Notes: generated by a model not told the origin, from the letters alone. Counted from the stretch's first letter, positions 28,640 to 43,958 are shown. The stretch: DNA of 47,904 nucleotides from Eledone cirrhosa (GCA_964016885.1 CAXHJY010000791.1:1-47904); one strand, 5' to 3'. Numbers and translations are program-made.

Positions 28640-29860
28640 GTGGCTTAATGGTTGGTGTGTTCGGCCCACGATCGTAAGGTCGTGATTTCGATTCCCAAAT
28701 CGAGCAGCTAGTTGTGTTCTTAAGCAAGAGACTTTATTTCACGATGTGTTCTGGAGTAAACACTTTATTTTACGATGTGTTCTGGAGTAAAACACTTTAT
28801 TTGACGATTGACGATGTGTTCTGGAGTAAAACACTTTATTTGACGATGTGTTCTGGAGTAAAACACTTTATTTGACGATTGACGATGTGTTCTGGAGTAA
28901 AACACTTCATTTGACGATGTGTTCTGGAGTAAACACTTTATTTGACGATGTGTTCTGGAGTAAAACACTTTATTTGACGATTGACGATGTGTTCTGGAGT
29001 AAAACACTTTATTTGACGATGTGTTCTGGAGTAAAACACTTTATTTGACGATGTGTTCTGGAGTAAAACACTTTATTTGACGATGTGTTCTGGAGTAAAA
29101 CACTTTATTTGACGATGTGTTCTGGAGTAAAACACTTTATTTGACGATGTGTTGTGGAGTAAACACTTTATCTGACGGTGTGTTCTGGAGTAAAACACTT
29201 TATTTGACGATGTGTTGAGGAGTAAACACTTTATTTTACGATGTGTTCTGGAGTAAACACTTTATCTGACGATGTGTTCTGGAGTAAAACACTTTATTTC
29301 ACCATGTGTTCTGGAGTAAACACTTTATCTGACGGTGTGTTCTGGAGTAAAACACTTTATTTGACGATGTGTTCTGGAGTAAAACACTTTATTTCACCAT
29401 GTGTTCTGGAGTAAACACTTTATCTGACGGTGTGTTCTGGAGTAAAACACTTTATTTGACGATGTGTTGTGGAGTAAACACTTTATTTTACGATGTGTTC
29501 TGGAGTAAACGCTTTATATCACGTGTGCTCCGTTCACTCTGCAGGAAAATAACGAGCAGTACCTGTAATTCAATGGGTCAGTTTTGTCACAAAATGAGAC
29601 CCACTGAATCTCCCTGAGAACTGCGTTAAAGGTACACATGTCTGTGGAATACTCAGACACCTACACAAAATACAATATGAACTGTATATGTAATTGAAAG
29701 GAGCTGCCCTGTTATATATTGTGTCACGTTGAATCTCCCTGAGAACAACAACATTAAGGGTTGAATGCTCAGCTACTTGGGCTTCATGTCGACGGGGACG
29801 CTGTTTGGTTGTTGGAGTAAACTTGAACACTCATCGTCGTAAACTGACGGAGGTTCGAAC
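28640..29860 (+). mobile_element. tRNA-derived SINE family 2 (CORE/V-like central domain) split by an internal minisatellite
   Basis: A box GTGGCTTAATGG, B-box-like TTTCGATTCC, GTTGTGTTCTTAAGCAAGAGACTTTATTTCAC; body resumes at ~29511; compare the uninterrupted head at 47641. Confidence 0.7.
28731..29520. repeat. 31-32 bp minisatellite, roughly 24 copies
   Basis: Unit GACGATGTGTTCTGGAGTAAAACACTTTATTT (GACG at 29047 and 29079); some units carry a 7-bp TTGACGA duplication. Confidence 0.95.
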
Positions 29861-30019
29861 AACTTCAACACTCATCGCCGTAAACTGACGGAGGTTCGAA
29901 CAACTTCAACACTCATCGCCGTAAACTGACGGAGGTTCGAACAACTTCAACACTCATCGCCGTAAACTGACGGAGGTTCGAACAACTTCAACACTCATCG
30001 TCGTAAACTGACGGAGGTC
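29826..30019. repeat. 41-bp minisatellite, ~4.7 copies
   Basis: Unit AACACTCATCG(C/T)CGTAAACTGACGGAGGTTCGAACAACTTC. Confidence 0.95.
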
Positions 30020-30293
30020 CGCATGAAAAAATATGTAAAATTAAAAAAAAAATTAATAATTAAAGGTAAGAAAGTAATACTAGCAATATTAACTTACCTG
30101 ACTAACTCCACGTGTGCTGTTAACATCATTAGCATCACTATCATCATCATCATCATCATCATAGTCGACATCGTTATCATCACAGTAGCAGATGAAATAA
30201 CCAGCCTGCTACCACCACCGCCACCACCACTACCACCACCGCCTCTTCTCACTTTACGCAATCCGCGAGTATTTCGAAACAGCTTGTGTATGC

Positions 30294-30414
<121 letters not shown>

Positions 30415-30476
30415 TGTGTGAGTGTGTGTCTGTGTGTGTGTGTCTCTCTGTGTGTGTGAGTGCGTTTGTGTGTGTG

Positions 30477-30541
<65 letters not shown>

Positions 30542-30690
30542 ATGTTATGTATATTTGTGTATGTGCGTTTGTGTGATTATATATATACGTGCATATATAT
30601 GCGTATGTCTCTCATTTTCTCTTCCTCTCTCTCTCACTCTCTTTCTCTCGTTCTCTCTCTCTCTCTGTATAACTATCTATCTATCTATCT

Positions 30691-32530
<1,840 letters not shown>

Positions 32531-32649
32531 CTTCAGTGACCACACTGAAGCTTCTCTGACTGGCGAGGGTTGTAGAGAATGCTAGAGTTAATGAAGCGAA
32601 CTATACTATGGTATAGCGTAGTGTAGTGTATTGTAGTGAAGTGGTTAAT

Positions 32650-32710
<61 letters not shown>

Positions 32711-32734
32711 CGATGGTGGTAGTAGTAGTAGTTA

Positions 32735-34330
32735 TTACCGCTGTTTAAACCCAGAGGTGTAGAGTTCGATTTCATAAAATCTCGATATATTCCGTGTTAA
32801 CTGAAAAATATTAAATAAAATCCACACTGTGTGTTTGTTGTTGTTGCTGTAGTTATTGTTGTTACTGCTGCTACTGTTGTTGATATTGTTGTTACTGTTG
32901 CTGCAGCTGTTGTTGTTATTTTGAAGGAAGCTCTGCAGTTTAAAACCAAAAGGTACAGAGTTCGATTTCATAAAGCTACGCTATATTCCTTTAATGTTAA
33001 ATGGTCAATAAAATAAAGTACCAGTAATACACTGGTTAATTGCTGGCCTTGTGACAAAAGTAGAAACAATTTTCAAATGGTAAATGAAATCCACATTATC
33101 TACATTTTACTGTTGTGTTTGTGTTGCTGTTGTTGTAGTTATTGTTACTGTTACTGCTGCTGTTGCTTTTGATGTTATTGCAGTTGTTGCTGTTGTTGTT
33201 ATAATTTAGACAGCAGCTCCGTGGTCTAAACCCAGAGGTACAGAGTTCGATTTCACAAAACCTCGCTATATTCCATTAATAGTAAATGTTAAATCAAATC
33301 CACACTGTGTTTGTTGTTGCTGTTGTTGTTGTTACTGTTGTTGTTGTTACTGTTGTTGTTGCTGCTGTTGTTGCTGCTGCTGTTGTTGCTGTTACTGCTG
33401 CAGCTGTTGATGGTGCTATTATTTACACAAGAAACTCCACCGTTTAAACCCAGAGGTACAGAGTTCGATTCCACAAAACCCCGCTACATTCCGTTAACTG
33501 TAAATGGTAGATTATAAAATCTACAATGTGCTTGCTACTGCTGCTGTGTTGTTATTTTAGTTACTGTTGTTGCTGCTGTTGCTGTTGTTGTTGCTGCTAC
33601 TGCTGCTGTTGTCGTTGCTGCTGTTGTCGTTGCTGTTTTGAAGTTATTACTACTGACGTTGTTGCTGCTGCTGCTGTTTGCAGCGGCTTACTGTTAATTG
33701 CTGCTGCTGTTGTTGTTACTGTTAATTGCTGCTGCTGCTGTTGTTACTGTTAATTGCTGCTGTTGCTGTTGTTACTGTTATGGCTGCTGTTGTTGCTGTT
33801 TTGAAGTTATTACTACTGACGTTGTTGCTGCTGCTGCTGTTTGCAGCGCCTTACTGTTAATTGCTGCTGCTGTTGTTGTTATGTTAATTGCTGCTGCTGT
33901 TGTTGTTACTGTTAATTGCTGCTGCTGTTGTTGTTACTGTTAATTGCTGCTGCTGTTGTTGTTACTGTTAATTGCTGCTGCTGTTGTTGTTACTGTTAAT
34001 TGCTGCTGTTGCTGTTGTTACTGTTATGGCTGCTGTTGTTGTTGTTGCTGCTGTTGTGCTGTTTTGAAGTTATTACTAGGCGTTTGCAGCGCCTTACTGT
34101 TAATTGCTGCTGCTGTTGTTACTGTTATGGCTGTTGTTGTTGTTGTTGTTGTTGCTGCTGATGTTGTTGTTGCTGTTGCTATTGTTGTTGGTGCTCCTGT
34201 TGATGTTACTGTTGTTGTTATTGTTGCTGTAGATGTTGTTGTTGTTATTGTTGTTGTTGCAGTAGTTTTTGTTGTTGTTGTTGTTGTTGTTAACTGCTGC
34301 TGCTTCTGTTGATGTTATTGTTGTTGTTAA

Positions 34331-34362
<32 letters not shown>

Positions 34363-34764
34363 ATTGTTGCTGTTGTTGTCATTGTTATTGCTGGTGCTAA
34401 GGACGAGGCCCATTCGTTAAACCCGGAGGTGGCAGGTATATATTTTACAAAGTCCGCAATATTCCATTAAATCATAACATTTTAAATAAATCTCACATAG
34501 AGCTTGCTGCTGTTGTTATTGTTGTTGTTGCTGTTGTTATTGTTGTTGTTGCTGTAATTGTTGTTGTTGTTGTTGTTGTTGTTGCTGCTGTACTTGTTGT
34601 TGTTGTTGCTGTAGTTGTTGCTATTGTTGTTGTTGTTGTACAGGGTAAGGTTCTGTAGTTATACTCTACAAAGTCCGCAATATTCCATTAAATCATAACA
34701 TTTTAAATAAATCTCACATAGAGCTTGCTGCTGTTGTTATTGTTGTTGCTGCTGCTGCTGCTGC

Positions 34765-34830
<66 letters not shown>

Positions 34831-35260
34831 ACAGGGTAAGGTTCTGTAGTTATACTCTACAAAGTCCGCAATATTCCATTAAATCATAACATTTTAAATA
34901 AATCTCACATAGAGCTTGCTGCTGTTGTTATTGTTGTTGCTGCTGTTGTTGTTGCTGTTGTACTTGTTTTTGTTGTTGTTGCTGTAGTTGTTGCTATTGT
35001 TGTTGTTGTACAGAGTAAGGTTCTGTAGTTATACTCTACCCGGAGTAACAACCTTGTTTCAACACAACCATGTATTTCGTTAACATTGAACTTGCTACTG
35101 TTGTTGTTGCTGTAGTTGTTGCTATTGTTGTTGTTGTTGTTGTTATTGTTGTTGTTGTTGTTGTTGTGACTGTAGTTGTTATTGTTGTTATTGAAGTATC
35201 ATGTAAAGTTCTGACCATATACCCCGGGATACCCAGTCTCATTTCAATACACACTGATAT
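32735..35260 (+). repeat. Complex satellite: ~80-bp SINE-like core alternating with (GTT/GCT)n
   Basis: TAAACCCAGAGGTACAGAGTTCGATT...ATATTCC..TAA cores near 32745, 32940, 33225, 33443 and 34415, with variants at 34640, 34830 and 35010. Confidence 0.8.
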
Positions 35261-35304
35261 ATTTTGTTAGACTGTTTTTACTTTAGGGAAATAAACAGTG
35301 TATT

Positions 35305-36640
35305 TTTTGTTGTTATTGTTGTGGTGTTATTGTTGGTGTTGTTATTGTTGTTATGGTGTTATTGTTGGTGTTGTTATTGTTATTGTTGTGGTGGTGCTAT
35401 TGTTGGTGTTGTTATTGCTGTTGTGGTGTTATTGTTGGTGTTGTTGTTGGTGTTGTTGGTGTTGTGGTGGTGTTATTGTTGGTGTTGTTATTGCTGTTGT
35501 GGTGTTGTTGGTGTTGTTATTGTTGTTGTGGTGTTATTGTTGTTGTGGTGTTATTGTTGTTGTGGTGTTATTGTTATGGTGTTATTGTTGGTGTTGTTAT
35601 TGTTGTTGTGGTGTTATTGTTGTTGTAGTGTTATTGTTGTTGTGTTGTTATTGTTGTTGGTGTTGTTATTGTTGTTGTTCTTATTGTTGTTGTGTTGGTG
35701 TTGTTAGTGTTGTTGTTGTTGGTGTTATGGTTGTTATTGGTGTTGTAACTGTTATTACTCTTGTTTCTGTTATTGCTGTTACTGTTGTTGTTGCTCTAGT
35801 GACTGTTAAGTTTGTTGTTACTGTTGTTGTGACTGTTGTTGTTGTAGTTATTACTGTGGTTGTTGTTACTGTTGTTGTGACTGTTGTGCTGTTATCCTGT
35901 TGCTGCTGTTGTGACTGTTGTTACTTCAGCTGTTGCTGCAGTTGTTGTTGTAACTGTTGCTGCAGTTGTTGTTGTGACTGTTGCTGCAGTTGTTGTTGTG
36001 ACTGTTGCGCTGCTATCCTGTTGCTGCTGTTGTAACTGTTGCTGCAGTTGTTGTTGTGACTGTTGTGACTGTTGCTGCAGTTGTTGTTGTGACTGTTGTG
36101 CTGCTATCCTGTTGCTGCTGTTGTTACTGTCGTTACTTCAGCTGTTGCTGCAGTTGTTGTTGTGGCTGTTGCTGCAGTTGTTGTTGTGACTGTTGTGCTG
36201 CTATCATGTTGCTGCTGTTGTGACTGTTGTTACTTCAGTTGTTGTTGTAAATATTGTTGCTACTGTTGTTGTTGTGACTGTTACTGCTGCTCCTATTGCT
36301 GCAGTTGTTGAGGGAGTATATAGTTACTATTTCTAGAGTCTCCCGTTACTTCTACCTATCGATTACATTGATTGATTGAGTGTTAAATATTTTCTTTTTG
36401 GTCTGTTTTGTTGTTGTTGTTGTTGTTGTAATAGTAGTCGTAGATGTTGTTGTAGTGCTGGTAGTAGTAGTAGAGTTTGTAGTAGTAGTAGTAGTAATAG
36501 TAGTAGTAGTAGTGGTAGTCGTAGTAGTGGTAGTGGTGGTAGTAGTAGTGGTAGTGGTGGTAGTAGTAGTGGTAGTAGTAGTGGTGGTGGTGGTGGTGGT
36601 GATGGTGGTGGTAGTAGTAGTAGTAGTAGTGGTGGTGGTG

Positions 36641-36694
<54 letters not shown>

Positions 36695-36780
36695 ATATTA
36701 GTAGTAGTAGTAGTACTAGTGGTAGTAGTAGTAATAGAGTTAATAGTAGCGGTAGTAGTGGTGGTGTATGTGTGGTTGTT
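35305..36780. repeat. (GTT)n/(GCT)n/(GTA)n/(GTG)n trinucleotide field
   Basis: Direct reading. Confidence 0.95.
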
Positions 36781-36827
36781 TGATGTGTATGTGTATGATG
36801 ATGTGTATATGTATATGTGGTTATTAG

Positions 36828-36969
<142 letters not shown>

Positions 36970-37011
36970 ATGAGTAGTTGTATGTGAAAATATGTTATTA
37001 AATATATTTCG

Positions 37012-37485
37012 TGTATGTGGAAAAGTATGTGTGTGCATGTATATATGTAGGTGTGCAACTGTGTGTGTGTGTATGTGGAAAAGTGTGTGTGCATGTATAT
37101 ATGTAGGTGTGCAACTGTGTGTGTATGTGGAAAAGTGTGTGTGCATGCATATATGTAGGTGTGCAACTGTGTGTGTATGTGGAAAAGTGTGTGTGCATGC
37201 ATATATGTAGGTGTGCAACTGTGTGTATGTGGAAAAGTGTGTGTGCATGCATATATGTAGGTGTGCAACTGTGTGTATGTGGAAAAGTGTGTGTGCATGC
37301 ATATATGTAGGTGTGCAACTGTGTGTATGTGGAAAAGTGTGTGTGCATGCATATATGTAGGTGTGCAACTGTGTGTGTATGTGGAAAAGTGTGTGTGCAT
37401 GCATATATGTAGGTGTGCAACTGTGTGTGTATGTGGAAAAGTGTGTGTGCATGCATATATGTAGGTGTGCAACTGTGTGGAAATG
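37012..37485. repeat. 50-56 bp minisatellite, ~9 copies
   Basis: Unit GTATGTGGAAAAGTGTGTGTGCATGCATATATGTAGGTGTGCAACTGTGT(GT). Confidence 0.95.
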
Positions 37486-37608
37486 TGTGTGTGTATTATA
37501 TAAGAGTCCCAATCTGTATGTGTTTATAAATTCGGTGGTGCATGTGTGTGTGTGCGTGCAAGTGTGTGTGTGTGTGCAAGTGTGTGTGTGTGTGCATGTG
37601 TGTGTATG

Positions 37609-37686
<78 letters not shown>

Positions 37687-37959
37687 TGTGTGTGTGTGTG
37701 CAAGTTTGTGTATGCAAGTGTGTGTGTGCAAATATGTGTGTGCAAATGTATGTGTGTGCAAGTGTGTGAGCAATGTGTGTGTGCAAGAAAGACACATAGA
37801 TAGATAGATAGATAGATAATCCCACTGCCACATCCACACATATACACTGATACACACAGACACACACACACACACACACATAACATGTACACTTTTCTAC
37901 TCATAGATACAAACACATACACATGACATGACGAACACACGAACACATGCAGGGACGAT

Positions 37960-37999
<40 letters not shown>

Positions 38000-38227
38000 C
38001 GATCATAGACCCAATACGAACACTACTACTAGTATTACTGCTGCTGCTACTACTGCTGCTACTACTACCACTACTACTACCATCACCACCACTACTACCA
38101 CCACTACTACTACTACAACCACCACAACCACCACCACTACTACCAACAGCGCCACCACTACTACTACTACTACCACCACCACCACCACTACTACTACTTA
38201 TGTTTGTAGATATACATGCACGTATGC

Positions 38228-38296
<69 letters not shown>

Positions 38297-38422
38297 TGGG
38301 TGTATATATATATATATGTACTTCCACATACATAAACTCGCCTATATGTGTAGGCGTGTGTCTATGTATTTGATACACACACACACACACACACAGACAC
38401 ACACACACACACACACACACAC

Positions 38423-38473
<51 letters not shown>

Positions 38474-38612
38474 TTTTATTAAGGCTAAATAGTGAGCCTT
38501 GTTATGTTACTCTGGAGAGCACTAACACACAATCATCAGTATTGAACCTTAATAAAATGAATATTAATACTCTATTACGGTATTGAGTACTCCTTTTTCT
38601 CAGCCATCAACC

Positions 38613-38652
<40 letters not shown>

Positions 38653-38840
38653 ATATATATATATATGTATATATATGTATATAGATTTTGAGTATATGTT
38701 GGTTGTATACCAACACCTCAGTATGCAGGCTGGAGCACTCGACGAAGTGCGCAGGTTGGTTTGGTTAGTCCCGGAGTAATGTATTGACAAAATTATACAC
38801 CTCAACAACATATGTACTTGTCTATACCACACTAATTCGG

Positions 38841-38895
38841 ACTGCCTGACGAGGTCACAGCCAAAGATGGCTGTCACTGAAATATATATAGCAGT
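38841..38895 (+). ncRNA. Complete minimal type I hammerhead ribozyme followed directly by AATAAA
   Basis: ACTGC-CTGACGA-GGTCACAGCCA/AAGA/TGGCTGTCACT-GAAA-TATATA-TA-GCAGT; perfect 5-bp stem I; predicted cleavage after 38890. Confidence 0.85.
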
Positions 38896-39529
38896 AATAA
38901 ACGAAGCTAAATTTTAAACATTTGACTTTTTATTTAACTTTATTTTATATATGTATTTAATTTTATATATGTATTTAATTTAATTTATAGAAAGGTATTT
39001 CGTTACCTTTTAAGCATCTTTACAATCCTCTTCGCTTTTCTTATTGTGTTGTTTTTGTTTGTTTGTTTTTTTTTCTTCATTGAACCCTAAAATATATGTT
39101 TTTAAAAATAATTTTTCAAAACTATTTTTGATTTTATTGTATTTTGTTCGATGAAATACTAAAAACCCTGAAAAATTAGCAGACATTCGTCATTTAACTC
39201 TGGATTTTTTAAAGTCCTTCACTAACAGATATATATTACTTATTTTTTTCTTTCGAATAGAAAAATGACGTTTCAATTGTTTGTTTTGATTATCAAAAAT
39301 ATTGTATCTGCATAAAAAATAAAACAATATAAAAATCCTGATAAAAACACAAACATTAAGGGTTCAAATTTTTATATTTTACAACTGTTTTCCTATATTG
39401 ACTATACATGACCTCGTGGAAATTCCAGTTATATTTTATTGCAAACAAACACCAAGTATTTAAAATCAATATGATAATGTTTTATTTTTAAATTATGTAA
39501 ATATAAGACATTTTTTTCAATTCCAACCC

Positions 39530-39690
39530 GCCACTCCCCTCAATCTATCTTATTTCTCATTCTTTCTTTTGATGAAGGACTAGCGTCTGAAATGTTAAGA
39601 CCCTCTTCCTGCTATTTCCAGTGTTAATCTAACATATCCCTTCCATATACTGTACCGATTGTGTTGTTATTTCTGTTTACCTTTTACACA
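39530..39690 (+). mobile_element. PLE-like cassette family C with a degenerate hammerhead (39565-39600)
   Basis: TCTT-TTGATGA-AGGAC/TAGC/GTCT-GAAA-TGTT-AAGA; the downstream ~100 bp matches 43846-43950. Confidence 0.65.
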
Positions 39691-39714
39691 CACACACACA
39701 CATATATATATATA

Positions 39715-39900
39715 GTTCAAAAGGATAAACAAACAAACGCTGGCGCCAATAGTACATAATGGTATTAGCTTCACGTTTGATGAGAGTGGGAGAGGGTACG
39801 ACGTTTCGGACATAAGTCTTTCATCATGAAAGTAGGGAGGAACTCCGAGAGAGAGTGAGGAGGGTAGTAAGAAGGGAAGTTAACAGGAAGAACATGAAAG
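39715..39900 (-). mobile_element. Family C-related cassette with a degenerate hammerhead (~39796-39830)
   Basis: Minus strand ATGATGA-AAGAC/TTAT/GTCC-GAAA-CGTC. Confidence 0.5.
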
Positions 39901-39949
39901 GACGGGAAAAATAAAAATAAAAATAAAAATAAAAATAAAAATAAAAACA

Positions 39950-40014
<65 letters not shown>

Positions 40015-40206
40015 ATGTGCAACCCCTCTGTTACAAATATACAAGTTGTTAGCACTCTGAGAATAGTTCGCTGGCGAATACTTTCAAACTATATCTTATT
40101 AAGTGAGTAATTGTGAGCAGCAGAGATTATGGAAAATATATTTCCTATAGCTTCGGCAACTAGACTATAAATATACATAAAAAAATATATATATATATAA
40201 ATAATT

Positions 40207-40530
<324 letters not shown>

Positions 40531-40544
40531 CACACTTAGTTAAA

Positions 40545-40729
40545 CCCATGCTTTCTACCATAGTTATGTCCCTTTACGGTCTGAGTTCAAATCCCACAGT
40601 GGTTAGCTTTGCCTTTCATCCTTACGGGGTCGATAAATGAAGCACCAGTAATGCACTCTCGGGTCGATTTAATCGATGTTCCCTCCATTACAAATTGCTG
40701 GCCTTGTGCCTAAAATAGAAACAATTATT
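40545..40729 (+). mobile_element. SINE family 1
   Basis: CTGAGTTCAAATCCC...CTTTGCCTTTCATCCTTACGGGGTCGATAAA...GCTGGCCTTGTGCCTAAAATAGAAAC. Confidence 0.9.
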
Positions 40730-40800
40730 TAGTGGTCGATAAAAAAGTAGCAGTGTAGTACTGGGATCGATTCTTTCTCTATATCTCTTTCTCACTTCCT

Positions 40801-40893
<93 letters not shown>

Positions 40894-41421
40894 TCTCTGG
40901 CAGAAATCAACTGCGTTCTGACATGAAAAGGGTGTGGCCACAGCCAGGTTTAAAAAGCCTAAGACAACGCCTTATGTATCAAAGGCGCCTCTACGACTCC
41001 ATCAAAAATGCAGGGCCCATAACCATACATACATACGTACACACGTAGTCTTTTACGGTCTAACTCATGGGTAAGTGTCAATTTTTCAATGTCAGGTCTT
41101 TGTTTTAAAATCTTAACACAGAAAGTCTCTGCGAAATATATAGCAACATTGCGTGATACATTTTCTGAGACATATCATAGCACTCTAGTATTCATTATTA
41201 TTGTTATTATTATTATTTTTTTTTTGGGGGGGGGGGGGTAGAGGTAATTCTGAAGGTGTCTGTCTTACACCTGTCGCCATGATGAAGGATGTTTTAATAA
41301 TCACCTATAACTACTTCTATTCAACAGAAACATGCGTACAGTCGTAGAGTGACATTTGAAACTTGGCGCAGTCCCATCTCTCTCCATAACTGAGAACAGC
41401 ATATGTATATATGTACATATA

Positions 41422-41464
<43 letters not shown>

Positions 41465-41530
41465 TTTATATATACATATATATATATATATGCAAATATA
41501 TATATATACATATATATGTACATATATATA

Positions 41531-41589
<59 letters not shown>

Positions 41590-42160
41590 TATATATAATA
41601 TATATATATATATAATATATATATGTATATATATACATATACACATACACACACATATATATATATACATAAATATATATATATATAGACAGAGAAAATA
41701 AAACAGAGAAATGATTTGAGAAGAAAAATGGAGAAAGATTCGACCCTAGTAGTACACTGGTACGTTATATATTGAACTGGAAAGGTTGAAATGCAACGTA
41801 GATCTCAGCGTGGGGTTTGAACTGAGAGCGCAAAGTGACGAAACTAAACCCATTAAACCACTCTATATGACATTGCAACGCCTCTCTCTACTAATTTACT
41901 GTCTTATCACTATATTTACCTGTACACAGACACTGCCATATCTCATAGTACCTATGCTGACCAAACGTCACTCTATTTACTAAGTTATACTCTATTACGA
42001 TTGAATCTCTCATTAGTTAGTGCTGACTTTGCAATGTTAGATCACTAAAGTCTGACACTAAATTTGTGAAATTTAAAATATATAGTATAATTGCGTGACA
42101 CATTTTAAGAAACTTTATACACTATGATATATTTATTATGTTTATTTTATTATATTATTA

Positions 42161-42201
<41 letters not shown>

Positions 42202-42205
42202 GTTG

Positions 42206-42686
42206 TTCTTTGAGTCTCAGTCATTGATGTTAGTTAACTGGAAAGTTTGTTGAAATGAACATCAAGCCACTACCTGCAGCCTCAGATATTCAGGACGTAT
42301 CGGAGGGTTCTTGCTGTTCCCAGCAAGCATGCCTTTTGAAGCGTTCCAAAAAGCGGGTCGGGGCCAATTTTCTTTAACCATGCCTGGAAACTTCTTGAGA
42401 TAGTACCTAGTGCGCCTATGACAATCGGGACCACTCTGACTTCATGGCAGTTCCAAATCCTTTTTAACTCCCACTTTAAGTCCTGGTATCGGTTAATTTT
42501 CTCCCTCTCCTTCTCTTGCAGGCTACATCCACAATCAGGCACGATCTTTTTCCCTTGTCCAAAACCACCAGGTCAGGTGTATTGTGTTCCAGTTTCTTGT
42601 CCGTCTGTACCCTAAAATCCCACAGCACCTTCACCTGATCGTTTTCTATCACCGACTCTGGCTTATGCTCATACCACTTCTTCTTC
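42206..42686 (-). mobile_element. 5'-truncated Dong/R4-clade LINE: restriction-like endonuclease (RLE) domain, frameshifted
   Basis: WYEHKPESVIENDQVKVLWDFRVQTDKKLEHNTPDLVV...IVDVAC, then EKINRYQDLKWELKRIW...VVPIVIGALG...LQKACLLGTARTLRYVL*; (TAA)n on both sides. Confidence 0.9.
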
Positions 42687-42741
<55 letters not shown>

Positions 42742-42747
42742 CATTAT

Positions 42748-43145
42748 TTTGCACATTTTCATTGCATTAGAGAGCGCAGTCTGTGCGACTTGGGTATGTG
42801 CAGTGTGGTTTTGGTAGTGTTGTTTCTATTATATTGAGAGTACTCCTCGTAATATGTGTGCAGTGCCTAGTAATGTTATTTGCTGTATGCTGTATATATT
42901 TGTAAGTCCTGGGGTGTTGGTTATGTATCTGTCTATGTGGTTTTTTTCATTCCCAGAGCCTCTATTATTATAGGTATTGTTTCTGTCTTCATCATCCTCA
43001 TTCGGGTTATTTCTATCTCTAGATCTTTATATTTGGATAGTTTCTCCATTTCCTTGGTAGAAATGTTATCGTTAGTTGGGATTACTACGTCAATCAGTAG
43101 ACAACTTTTTTTTTTGTAGTCTTTGACTATAATGTCAGGTTCGTT
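42748..43145 (-). mobile_element. Second 5'-truncated Dong/R4-clade LINE (different family)
   Basis: PDIIVKDYKKKSCLLIDVVIPTNDNISTKEMEKLSKYKDLEIEITRM...TIPIIIEALG, then after a frameshift ITLLGTAHILRGVLSI; 3' end abuts (TAA)n. Confidence 0.9.
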
Positions 43146-43149
43146 GAAT

Positions 43150-43370
43150 TCTTCTCCTTCTTCGTCCACTTATTCTTGGGGAGTGTTTGGAAGCAAAGTC
43201 CTCTAGCCCGCCTTCTAGTGGGTCCTGTCAAAAGCAACCATCTCTAACTGATCCGGCTGGATACCCCAACCAAGCGAGGCCAACCGAGCTCATGAAGGTT
43301 ATCCAACCATCTTGCCCAGGGTCTACTACCGCAAAATCTATCAAGCCATTCATCCCTGAGACACTCTAAC
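43150..43370 (-). mobile_element. 3' fragment of an RTE-like LINE
   Basis: Manual translation [16 protein letters not shown] and, in a shifted frame, MVAFDRTH*; GAA-rich tail. Confidence 0.55.
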
Positions 43371-43383
43371 CGTAGTATTTCAA

Positions 43384-43845
<462 letters not shown>

Positions 43846-43846
<1 letters not shown>

Positions 43847-43950
43847 CGAAACGTTAAGACCCTCTTCCTGCTATATGAAGCGTTAACCTAATATATCCCT
43901 TCCATTTACTGTACCGATTGTGTTGTTATTTCTGTTTACCTTTTACATAC
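43846..43950 (+). mobile_element. Family C cassette starting at CCGAAACG, within (TA)n
   Basis: Colinear with 39587-39690. Confidence 0.7.
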
Positions 43951-43958
43951 ATACATAT

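Noticed and set aside
28731-29520. CRISPR-like 32-bp periodicity
   Set aside because: Units are contiguous with no unique spacers, no cas genes are present, and the context is a eukaryotic SINE.
29826-30019. CRISPR-like 41-bp repeats
   Set aside because: Head-to-tail tandem copies without spacers.
42282-43169. Active retrotransposon genes
   Set aside because: 5'-truncated and frameshifted, with no RT domain.
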